Origin: Paramoeba atlantica
Lineage: Eukaryota; Protista; Discosea
DNA length: 64,000 bases
Direction of reading: 5' to 3'
Assembly: GCA_977017575.1 (NCBI GenBank)
Contig: CDRNVI010000138.1
Location: 40,214 to 104,213, forward strand
Part shown: positions 52,981-63,957 of the stretch, piece by piece
Position numbering within the stretch: position 1 is the stretch's first letter
Layout: each line of letters begins with the position of its first letter
Notes under the pieces: generated by a model
Told to the model about the DNA's origin: nothing
The model's input: only the letters and a program-made list of their open reading frames with translations
The model's database searches: none
Program-made: the position numbers and the translations under genes

Positions 52981-54060
52981 ATGAATTTCTTCAAAAAGAA
53001 GAAAAAAGAAGGTTTTTTTTTTATCGAGATCTCTCACACTCAAAAAACAAAATTGATTCTAAAAGAGTTTTGAAATAGATGAGTTTGTCCTCTCAAGACC
53101 TCAAGAGTTTAAAACAGTTTCAAGTATCAAATATGATGCAGACAAAGTTTTTTTTTTTTCACACACACCATCTTCCTGTTTTTTTTTTATGATTTCATTT
53201 TTTTTCTCATAAATCTTCACCACAGGGGAGCTGGAAAACAACAGGGTTACCCCAAGAATGGATGACAATGCTTGGAAGCTCAGGTTTTTGTCATTTTTTT
53301 TTTGAGATGAAAGAGAGAAATCCATTCCCATTCTTTAGATTGGAAATTGAAAGAACAAAACATTGCTGTGTTGTGTTGAGAGTTTAGTGGGAGAGAGAAG
53401 AGGGAAGAGAATTTGGGAACCCAAATGTGAAAATTTTTATGGTTGGTCCTCAAACAAAACTCCTTTTTATCAGGTTTTACGGAGGAAGAAGTTCAAGAAG
53501 AAAAGGAGACTTTAATGGCGGTTTTAAAATTTCAAGAACGGATGGGGGTTCTCTCTCTTGATTTTTCTTTCCCTTCACCCATTCTTTTTCTTTTTTTTTT
53601 AACCCAGAATTTAGGATATGGGAGGAAAAATGACAGAATCAGAAGAGTATGATGATGATGAGTACGATTTTGACGAAGAGGTGGAAGTTCCAAGTACAAA
53701 ACTCAACCCTTTGGGGAATTCCACTGACCCAGCTCTTTTAAAGAGGCCACTCGGATTACAACCTACCAGTTCTCCTCAAAGACCTATCTCCCCAAATCAA
53801 AGATCTCTTTCCCCAAGACAGTCATCGAGTCCCTTTGGGGCCAAGGCGGGTACTCGCCGAGGGGGAGCCGCCGCCCCTCTTCCTCCTGGAGCACCAGGGC
53901 CAGGAGACCGGGGCCAAGCACCTGCTCCACCTATTCCCTCAGATCAAGCTCCTCCTCCTCCTCCCCCTACTTCTGCTGCTCCTCCTCGACCTGATGAAGA
54001 AACTCCTCGTAAACCCCTTCGAATTGGCAGTGGTTTTTTTTCTTTTTTTTTTCTTTTTTT

Positions 54061-54092
<32 letters not shown>

Positions 54093-57000
54093 TCTTTTTT
54101 TTCTTTTTTTTTTGAGATTGTTGAGGGTGGGGAGTTTGTTTGGAAGAGATTTTTTATTTATTTATGAATAACAAATTTAATTTTATCTAATGTTATCAAA
54201 ATAGAACGAAAGATGAAAATGAAAGATTCATTCGGTTTGTTTTTTCAAAAAATTATTTCTACAAACACAAATCTCACATTTTTTCTTTCTCATCAGGAGA
54301 TAGCCCGCCATCGAGACCAAGCGGCCCAGCTCCCTCTGGACCACCAGATAGACCAACTGCCCCCGCTCCCGGTAGACCAACTGGCGCTGCTCCCTCTGGA
54401 CCTCCAGGTAGACCAGGCGGCCCAGCTCCTTCTGGACCACCAGATAGACCAACCGCACCTGCTCCTGGTAGACCAACTGGTCCTGCTCCTTCAGCGCCAC
54501 CACCAGATCGAATTGCTCCTGGTCCTCCTCCATCATCCACTGGGTCACCTTCGGCCAAGCGTGCTTCAGCAAGGCTGGGACGTCCCGCTATGCCTGACCG
54601 GCCGACCCAACCTCTCCCTCCTGTCCCCCCTGGTGGAACAAAGTAATGATTTTTTTTTTCTTTTTCTATTTTCTTTTTCTTTTTTTGATTTTTTCTTTTT
54701 TTGATTTTTTTCTTTTTAAAATAGAACAACTGATTCTCCAAAATCATCACCTCTCCATGTTTGCTTTTTCTTTTTCTTTTTTTTTCAATGCAAGAAAGGA
54801 AACTCATTTTTTTCTTGAAAAAAATAGCAAGATGATGATCTCCCACAAATGTTTCCAACAAAGAAGATTCCTGCTTCATCAACTCAGAACTCATCAACTC
54901 CTCCCTCCTCACCTTCTGTATCAGTTACTATTTTCTTTCTCTCTTTTATTGTTCATTTTCAAAAGATATTAATCATTAGTTTCAGGTTAGAGGTGATGAT
55001 CTTCCCCAAATGTTTGGTGGTGGACCGAAAAAACGCGCACCACCATCTTCTTCTTCTCCAGCTCCCACACCATTATCAAATGGAGATGTATTGATTTCTT
55101 ATTGATTTCTTCTTTTTTTGTTTTTTTATTGTTAAAAAGTGATTGACTTTGGGGAATGTAGGATGATCTTCCATCGATGTTCTCGAAACCTCGTGGACCT
55201 CCTTCTCATACACCAGCGCCTGTTCTTACCACAACAGTTACAACCTCTCTCTTTTTTTAAACTTGTTTATTCTTTTGAATATTCTTGTCAACAATTTCAT
55301 CAATAATTTGGATAATCCAACAAATTATTTGGTTTTAAAAAGCATCTAACTAACTTCCCAATTTTTTTTTTCTTTGTTCTTTTACCACAGACACCAACAC
55401 CAACTGCAACACCAGTAATAAAACCACCATCAGGAAGACCTCCTCCCCCTGGACGTGGAAGAGGGGGTCCTCCTCCTCCTGGTGGTGGTGGTGGGAGAGG
55501 TGGTCGTGGTAGAGGTGGTGGTGGTGGCGGAGGAGAAAGTTTGTCTTTTTCTTTTTCTTTTTCTTTTCTTTTTTCTTTTCTTTTTTTTTCTCTTTTTCTC
55601 TTTTTTTTATCTGAGTTTGAAAATATTTGATCCACAGAGAAGAAAGGTCCTTCAATTAGGGAAAGGTTAGCAGAAGTAGTAAATATGGAAGATCCAAACA
55701 CTCTTTATTCTGATTTGACCAAAATTGGTGAAGGAGCCAGTGGGAGTGTTTACTCTGCAGTTCAAAATGTATTTTTTTTTTTTTTGTATTTGGGTTTTAG
55801 AAGAGAGAAGAGGAAAGGAGAGGGATTAATTCATTTTTTAACTTTGATAAAACAGGCAACTGGAAAGAAACTGGCCATCAAACAAATGGTTTTGTGTCGT
55901 CAACCTAAACCTGATGTATTGATTAATGAAATCCTTCTTATGAAATGGTTTTTCTTTTTTTTTATTTGTCTTTATTATTGAAAAACTATTTTTCCATCTT
56001 ATAATAACCCATAACCCAATTAAAATAAAAAGGTTGAAGGAGAAGAAGATAAAGAGTATTCAAGTTAGAATTCTATTACCAAATAAAAAAAAATAACAAA
56101 TAAGAATATCATTCCAAGAAGATAAATAAATTAATGAAAAAAAATGTAGTTGTCAACATCCAGCAATTGTTGGATTTCATGACAGTTTCTTGCTTGAGGA
56201 AACTCTTTGGGTTATTATGGAACTTGTCGAAGGTGAAGATTTAACACAGGTTAACTTTTCTTTTCTTTTCTTTTGTTTTTTCTTTTTCCCTCTCGTTAAT
56301 TTCTCTTTCTCTTTCACTTTTTTATCTCTCTTTCTCTTTCGTTTATTCCTTTCTCATGTGGGTTGATTAGGTTTTGACTTGTAATGATCTTACTGAACCT
56401 CATATTGCGCTGATCACTCGTGAGGTATTATTCTCTTCTCTTTTATTTGTTTATTTGTTTATTTTGTTTATTTGTTGTTAGTTATACTATTGTTTAATAT
56501 TGTCATTTTGATAATAAAATTTTATTTATTGTTTGTGTTTTTTGTTTGTGTTTTTTGTTTGGTCTAATTAGTTTTAAATTAGTCATTACTTGCTCTTGAT
56601 CATCTTCATCAACAAAGAATTATTCATCGCGATATTAAGAGGTTCCCTCTCTTTTTATTTATCAATTTTTAACATTTAAGAAATTAATCCTTAATAATCT
56701 GTTTTATATTTCTTTTTTGCGCTATTTTTTCACCATTTAACATATTTTTTATTCCACATTTTTTATTTTTCATTGATATTTTGGGATTAGTGATAATATG
56801 ATGGTTTCTGGTGTTTCTGGGGAAATTAAATTGACAGATTTTGGGTTTGGTGCGCAACTAACGAATGAACAATGTTTGATTTCTCCTTTTTTCATTCTCC
56901 TTTTTCATTTTCTCTTTCCTCCTCTTCTTTTTTGTTTGGGGGCAATCAAGGAAAAGAGAATAAAAATAAGTCATCTTTTCTTTCTGATTGTCAAAAATAG

Positions 57001-57783
57001 CAAATCGAAAGTCAATGGTCGGAACATCTTATTGGATGGCTCCGGAAGTGATTCAATCTGATGAGTATGATATTAAGGTTTTTCTCTTTCTTTCGCTTAA
57101 TTACCCCTCTTTTATCTCTCTTCAAAGAAACATTTTTTCTGTTTCTTTTTCTTTTTCATTAATCTTCATTATTTGGGTTTGGTATTAATATCTCTTTCAA
57201 GGTTGATGTTTGGTCATTGGGAGTAATGGTAATGGAGATGATTGAGAAAGATCCTCCTTATATGGGGATGCCTCCCACCCGTGTACTTTTTAATATTTTG
57301 AAGAAGGGCTTACCTGATTTGAAGGTTGTTTTTCTTTTTTTTTTTTTTTTCAAAATATTCAAAAGAGTTTATTCCCTTTCTTCCTTTCATTTTTGATTTG
57401 AATGTTTCTCTTCTATTTCAAACGATTACTCATGATCCTAAAATAGGAACCCGATCAATCTTCACCTGAAATTAAAGATTTTATTTCTCAGTGCACTCAG
57501 GTTTTTATCTATTTCTTTTTTTGTTGATTGGTTGGTTGTCTTTTCTTGTGAAAGTTTCTTTGTGTGTGTGTTGCTGTTCTTGTTTTCTTTGTCCTTTCTC
57601 TCATATTCTTCTTTATTTCAGAGGGAGCCAGCTGACCGTCCAACATGTGCAGAATTATTGTGTCATCCATTTCTTACAAAGGCCTGTGAGATGACTGAAC
57701 TTATCCCATTGGTCGAGGTTGTGAAAGAAGAGAAAAAGAATAGTTATTTGGATGACGAAGAAGAGGAAGAAGAGGGATGGTAA
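52981..57783 (+). CDS. PAK: PAK/STE20-family kinase with a divergent CRIB/autoinhibitory segment and proline-rich linker
   Basis: GLPQEW...AVLKFQ (CRIB/AI), GEGASGSVY, LAIKQM, HRDIK, DFGFGAQL, GTSYWMAPEV and DVWSLG across in-phase exons. Confidence 0.9.
54321..54500 (+). repeat. Internal ~96-bp tandem duplication encoding GP/RP-rich repeats in the PAK linker
   Basis: GCGGCCCAGCTCCYTCTGGACCACCAGATAGACCAAC occurs at about 54321 and 54417. Confidence 0.75.
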
Positions 57784-57882
57784 GAAACAAAAGAAGGTGA
57801 CCAATAAATTCAATTGGATTAATCATGTTTTCTCCTTTAAATATTATTTTTAGTTTGGGTTCTTCATTGCCAATGAAGAAGA

Positions 57883-59691
57883 TCAATTTACAATTTGTTC
57901 ATAATCACTTTTTGACATCAAAGCTCTTCTTGAAAAAATCATCTCTTTCCACCAACCACAAAAAAGAGAATTTGACCAAAGGAGAATCATACCAGCAGCA
58001 CCAGGAAGGATTGCGGTGAACATAAACAAAAATATGAAGGGTTCTCCAGTATCAAACTTCCGTTCGCATGGTGGTGGGCTCTCTTGCGGGTGAGAAGCAA
58101 CACAATCCATGAAATGAACAATCGTTGAATCTGAAATGCTATTTACTGTCACGGCATACAAAAATGTGAAGAAAGCGACAATAACACCGAAAAAACCAAA
58201 GAGGAGCGATCTCCTATCAAAAAATATGAGATAAAAACAATTTTGTTGAGAAAAAAAAAACTAAAATTTAACCATTGGAAGTAAATGATTTCTCTTCCTC
58301 GTTTCAGATAGAGAACGACGCTTGTGACACAAAGGATGGCACTAATGGATGTTTCAACGAGAAGGGGATAATCAAGGAGAGCATTGAAAACCTGATTATC
58401 TGTTTCTGATGGAAAGGCATAAATTGGTAATGGGATAGAATGTCGAGAGTTTGATGTGAGCCCATAAGTTAAGCATGTGACAGACAGCACAAGAGAGAAG
58501 CAAATACACAACCCTTCCATTAAAATTATGATTCTTGGGTTGACTGGTTGTTTGATAAACTTTTCAAAGAATGTTGTGTGCGATCTGATTTGAGGGAGTT
58601 AAGAGAACTTAAGAAATAACTTTGAAAAAGAGAGTTTTTGGATGAACCTCATTGAAGAACAGAAGAGGTTGAAGCAGAAGAGCAGCCAGTGAGTAAAAGC
58701 CAGATGAACAAAGAGAGCCCAAAGAGAAAATTGGACTGAAGATCGTGTTGAATTGTCAAAGGAATCGACAGCTTTCCAATAATCTTTCATTCCATCACAA
58801 ACAAAAGTGTGTGCTCCACCTGTCTTTGTTCGTCAGATTCGCAAAGAAAAAGGAAGGGCCGATGAAACATGAAACAAACCAGCAAAGGTGGCCCAAGCAA
58901 GTGATAAGTATGCAAAGGGGAAACTTCCAAAACAAAGAAAAATGATGTAGTTTGGATACCTATTGGCGAAAAATGATGTTGAAAAAAATACAAAAAGAAA
59001 AGAGAGAGAAACAAAGAAATAACCCTAAATTGTTCATAAAGTATTGGGGGAGAACCGCAATTCCCAAAATCACAAGAGAAATAAAGGAGAAAAAACAACT
59101 TAAAATTGACAACCATTTCTCTAATGTTTCTCCAAAAAGGTATTGATAACACTCGACAACACATTCACCATTATCATCAGAAATAAAAGGATCAGGACAA
59201 CACTCAATTTGCTCCTTTGAATTATTCAAACATGTTTCTACTGCAATTGGTGTCTCTTTTACTTGAGAAATTTGTTTCTGCACTTTTTCTTGACAGTCAT
59301 TTGTTGGTGTTGATGGCGAAGAGAAAACAAAGGAAGAGCAGTTGAGTTCAAAATCGCTCGAACAAGCACCAGAAACTTGGATACAATACTCTTTTTCCAA
59401 ACAGAGCTGTTCTTCAAGAGACGAAGATTCACATGAAAAAGAACCAAACTTCAATTGACAATAATAAGACAAAAATGGTCGTCGACAAGTTTCTTGAACC
59501 ATTCGAACATCAGAAACAACCAACGAAACATTCGCATCAAAGAAATTTTTTTGTTCGCTCTCTTCAATCAACACCTCCCCAAACAGCACGCCTGTACATT
59601 CATTTTGAAGACTATAATGAAAACATTCACTTTTATCAGCATGGCAAAAGGAAGGAAGAACAAGAAGGGTCCATGCGAACACCAACCACAT
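57883..59691 (-). CDS. Frizzled/Smoothened-like 7TM receptor with signal peptide and Cys-rich extracellular domain
   Basis: Signal peptide MWLVFAWTLLVLPSFCHA, a CRD-like Cys pattern, a CPDPF...CVVEC linker, and about seven hydrophobic segments over several exons. The ORF-track start at 59748 is GTG; the first ATG is at 59691. Confidence 0.7.
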
Positions 59692-59932
59692 CCAAACTCT
59701 GCTTCTTTTCCCAAAAAATAAAAAAAGTATTTTTGTCCGACCCGTCACTCAAAATAAAGAGAAAAAGTCCCGACTCAATCTTTTCGGGAATTCTCTCTCC
59801 TCTCGCTTTATTTTTTCCGCTTTCTCCTCCTTTTTTTCTCTCTCTTCTTTCACAACTTTTTTGGAACCCGCAGAAAAAACCTCTTCTCTTCTCTTCTCTT
59901 CTCTTCTCTCTGTGTCACACAAAAAAAAGAAG

Positions 59933-60905
59933 ATGGATGATGATGATGATGAAGAATATCCAAAGAAACAGAGGAACTTTTTGAGTGTGGAGATGAAGAA
60001 GTTGTGAAAGTTCTTCTTGGAAACAAAAACAAACAATTTGAACTTGATATCAACTTCCACTTCAAAAACAAGAAGGTTTTTTTTTTTCAAACTCAATTTC
60101 TCTCTCTTTCTCTTTTCTCTCTCTCTCTTTTGTTGTTCTGATGGATTTTATTTGTTGTTGTGGGTTCATTGTTGGGTTGTTTCATGTGTGTTGTGTTGAT
60201 ATTTCTTTTGTTTTTATTCTTTTTTTAACAACTTTCTTTTTGTTAAAAGGATGGATGGACTGCTCTTCACATAGCTGCTTCCAAAGGTTTTGAACAAATT
60301 GTGAAAATTCTTGTTGAACATGGATCCGATGTTGATCTTCAAAACACAGTTTTGATTTTCATCATTTTCTCATTTTTATTTGTTGTTGTGGGTTCATTGT
60401 TAGTTTGTGTCATGTTGATTGTGAACAGTTGTGTTGTATGGTATTTCTTTTGTTTTTATTCTTTTTTTAACAACTTCTTTTTGTTAAAGTGTGGATGGAC
60501 CACTCTTCACTGTGCTGCTAATAGAGGTTTTGAACAAACTGTGAAAATTCTTATTGAACACAGATCCAACATTAATATTCAATCCCTAGTTTTCATTTCT
60601 TTTTCTTTTTTCTTTAATATTTTTGTTGCAACAGTTGATTTGTTGAATTGTGATGGGTGGGTGGGTGGGTGGGTGGGAAATGAAGAGTTGGAGGGGTTTG
60701 GAGTGGTTTTTTTTTAAACTCTCTTTTTTCTTATTTTTTTATTGTGTTAGGATGGGAAAACAGTGCTTGATGTTGCAAAAGATCAGAACATTGTTGCATT
60801 GATCATCCAATTGAAGGTTTTAATTTTTATTTCTCTCTCTTCTTTTTTTTTTGACATTTTCATCATTTCTTTCAATTTCCTTTCTTTTGATTGTTGTAGG
60901 GATGA
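59933..60905 (+). pseudogene. Short ankyrin-repeat gene, apparently frameshifted near its start
   Basis: 99-nt phase-0 exons DGWTALHIAASKGFEQIVKILVEHG and CGWTTLHCAANRGFEQTVKIL with near-duplicated introns. The ATG at 59933 is out of frame with ELFECGDEEVVKVLL. An assembly indel is possible. Confidence 0.65.
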
Positions 60906-61352
60906 ACAATAAAACCAGCTCAATCAACAAAAAGAGAAAATTAAAGTTTTGACAATAAAAAAACAACAATTTTCTTGGAGATATTTTGAAACATCTCAGA
61001 AATATTTTCAAAAAATCTCAAAGATATGTCAAGAAAAGAAGAAAACTAAATATTTGGAGATATTCTGAGTTTCTTAGATATCTCAAGACAACTTCAACTT
61101 TATTGACCAATCAAAACAAAACACATTGGCATTTTGAGTGAAAAACTTGAATATTTGAAGATTTCTCAGAGCAGTTTCAAGATTTCTCAAAATTTTTAAG
61201 ATTTCTTTCCAATTGTTACAATTATTTGTCACACAATTGAGCCCAGAAAAGGGCCTTTCTAAGAAAGTTTGTGAATATTGAGTGCCCTCCAGAAAAAACA
61301 ACATTCAAGAGGTTTAAGAAATCAAGAAAGAATCAATTTCAGGTGTTTAAAG

Positions 61353-61578
61353 TTAACCCTTTGGCCCCTTATAATGCATATTTGCATCATAAAAATGCTT
61401 TTTCAAAAGTTGAGATCTCTCACTTAGAGTGAGAAAAAGAAAATTAAAAAAAAATCAACAAATAGAGAGAAGGAATCTTTTTTAGTCTTCTCCTCTTTTT
61501 TGAATAAAAACTATTTCAATTCAACCCAGCACCATGCAAATCAAAAAAAGATTTTTATGATGCAAATGTGCATTATAA
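61353..61578. mobile_element. Possible piggyBac-like terminus with an internal 28-bp inverted repeat
   Basis: TTAA followed by CCCTTT at 61353-61362. Arms 61369-61396 and 61551-61578 are reverse complements with one mismatch. I found no matching opposite end. Confidence 0.3.
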
Positions 61579-61611
61579 AAAATTTCTGTTTTGTGGATAT
61601 GTTCCCAAATA

Positions 61612-62035
61612 GGGTTGGTGCCCGTAGTTTAGTCGTAAATTCAACTATGTCCAACTCCAGGGGGGCGAGTTCAAATCCCAGTTTTTCAATATTATGGAAA
61701 ATTTTTCTGGTGCTGTAGAGTGATTTGATTGGAGTGAGGAGCTCTTGAAGAAGTGTGAAAATCGGAACAGGTTACATCTCAGCCCTGTCTGCTAAAAAGT
61801 TGAGGATAAATTCCCTTGGAAGGAGCTTTGGATTATTCTCCCTTCTGATGTGCATCCTCCAGCCTGAACTTGCAGAAGTTCTAAAGTTCAACATAAAGAC
61901 CGACTGAACTAAGCTGAAGTTTAAAACTTCACCTCTCATTAGAGGTTAAAAACAAACATAATTTAATGTAATTCAAATGGCTTAGATTAAGAACTACTAA
62001 TTGAATAAAGTCTGCCTCAAAAAGAAAAAAAAAAA
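61612..62035 (+). mobile_element. tRNA-headed SINE-like retroposon, ~424 bp
   Basis: Perfect 16-bp direct repeats GATATGTTCCCAAATA at 61596-61611 and 62036-62051. A-box-like TAGTTTAGTCG (61625) and B-box GTTCAAATCC (61669) lie at tRNA spacing. AATAAA precedes an A-rich tail. Confidence 0.75.
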
Positions 62036-62358
62036 GATATGTTCCCAAATAAATTCTAAAACAGGACAATTTTTTTTCTGTTTTTCTTTTTTTTTTTTTG
62101 GTTTTTTTTATCAAACCAATTTTACCTTTTTTTTAGTAAAAAGGGGTTTTAAACAGGTTGGTTTTGGGTGGTCAGAACCCAACAACTTTTTTGGATTTGA
62201 GGGTGTATCTTCATTCCTCACAATCACAAAATTCCTTGATAAGAGTTTCATTTTTCAAAAGCCCAGAAAAATTCATTCAGAATCAACTTCTCTGCCTCCA
62301 AAAAAAAAAAAAATAGAGGGTTCAAGATACAATTAACAAACAGAGAAATGGTGCAGAG

Positions 62359-63095
62359 TCAAAAACTATGCCTTGAATGAACTACTTTGTGAAATCCATA
62401 AGTTAGCAATGTGCTTTGATGAGATAGAATTCACCCATGTACCCTGAGAACTTAACAAGTGAGCTGATGCAATTGCAACTGCTGCAAGTTGGTCTAAAGA
62501 GGATGGAACATGTGCTGTGAATGACCATCATTGGGATCCAAGATCACAACATGTTGCAGAAACCAGTGAAGAGTGGATTATTTTGAATTCAACCCTGTGG
62601 AACTGGATCAATTCCCCCCTCACCCGTGACTGGACTTTCCCCATCCCCCCAGGGAATTTTGTAAGGAAATTCCAAGGAAACATGGTGACAACCCCCCATG
62701 TTTTGTTTCTGACCCAAACTGCTCTTGAGAATGCTCTAATTCTCCCTGTAATAATTACTAAAGATATCCAAGGATGGTTCCATCAGTTCCAAGAGAGCAA
62801 TCTGGTGAGGAGCTTTATTGAGGAAGATTTTCAAAGAAATGTAATTAACTTCATAGAAACCTCCAAACCAAATTCACTCCTTGGTTTTAGAAGGCAAACA
62901 ATCAAACACAAACCCCTTAGTGAGAACTAAAGTTGGTAAAGAAACTCCAATGCATCCCATGCTGAAGAGATCTTTGGATCTAACTCTTAATTTATCTTCC
63001 CTCCCCCCCCCCTTTCTTCCCCCCTCTTTTCCATCCTAGAGATGGTTTTTAACTCTAATAAATGGCACCTGGTGTCTGAACCTTAAAAAAAAAAA
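62359..63095 (+). mobile_element. 5'-truncated non-LTR retrotransposon (LINE): RNase H C-terminus, C-terminal extension, 3' UTR, poly(A)
   Basis: 17-bp TSD AGAGAAATGGTGCAGAG at 62342-62358 and 63095-63111. Frame FDEIEFTHVP*ELNK*ADAIATAA continues into ORF 62517-62930. AATAAA at 63057, A-run 63085-63095. Confidence 0.85.
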
Positions 63096-63357
63096 GAGAA
63101 ATGGTGCAGAGATGAAACTGAGAAATAAACTCAGAAATCAAATCAGGGAAAAACAAGAGTGAGAGCTTTATTTTGACTTTGGTACTTAGCACTAACTATT
63201 CACAGAATGCAGAGGGCAAAGGACTAAGTCACCAAGTTCACCAAAAGGAAAAATGGAGGTTTGGGAACTGGATCAGCAATTCATTGAAGGGGAGAAATGG
63301 ATCAAAAGAGTGACATCATCATTGGAACAAAAAGACCACAAGCAAGCCTTAGGCTAT

Positions 63358-63681
63358 TGTCAATTGACACTCCCAGTTGAGTCCTCTACGGAATAGTATG
63401 GAGATAGAGACAAGAACAGAGAACAAGAACAAAGAACAAAGAAAGAACAAGCTTGGTTCAATGTCTTTTATCAAATGCGTTCCAAAAGCCAAAAAGAACA
63501 AAAGAAAGTTTACACTCTTTCGCCCACAAATGGGTCCAAAGAACAAAACCTCTTTTGTACAAAAAAGGGCAACAAATAATTTACAATTATTCACAATCGG
63601 AAAACACACACAAAACAGTTCAGTGTTTCTGCTCACCAACAAAACGACAAAGTCAACAAAACCAACTATGACAACCCAACA
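63358..63681 (-). mobile_element. Probable 3' LTR of a Ty3/Gypsy chromovirus
   Basis: On the minus strand a G-run polypurine tract (GCGGGGGG) abuts TGT, and the segment ends in TTGACA. An alternative start at 63673 gives TGTCA...TGACA termini. It lies downstream of a chromodomain ORF, and CpG reappears at this boundary. Confidence 0.65.
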
Positions 63682-63788
63682 CCCCCCGCAAGTGCACTTG
63701 CTCGCAATTCACGACACACAATAAAAACAAAACAAAACAAAAAGAACAAAACAACCAACACAACAAGCATCACAACAGAAATAGTTCC

Positions 63789-63957
63789 TCATTTCTTCTT
63801 TACATGCCGTGTCGATTTTCTCCACTTTGCATTGTATTCTCGAATCACATCATCTGCCAAAAAATCACTCGCAGGTTGCCAAGATGTCTCATCATAATAT
63901 TTCCATTTGACAAGGTACTCCTTCTCACCATCTTTGCCCCGATCATCCAAAATTTTC
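63789..63957 (-). CDS. Chromodomain, C-terminus of an LTR-retrotransposon integrase, interrupted by a LINE insertion
   Basis: KILDDRGKDGEKEYLVKWKYYDETSWQPASDFLADDVIREY fits the chromodomain consensus (EYLVKW.GY...TWEP). Confidence 0.8.

Noticed and set aside
61618-61690. Functional tRNA gene
   Set aside because: The D-arm and boxes are recognisable, but the anticodon, T and acceptor stems do not pair, and the sequence sits at the head of a TSD-flanked insert.
62291-62313. Third retroposon end (TCTGCCTCC followed by A14)
   Set aside because: It shares 8 nt with the SINE end, but I found no TSD, and A-tract plus TAG also fits this genome's acceptor style.
62445-62462. TGA reassignment or selenocysteine
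   Set aside because: Host genes end in TGA, TAA or TAG normally and have no internal TGA. These stops are confined to a CpG-depleted TE at Arg positions.
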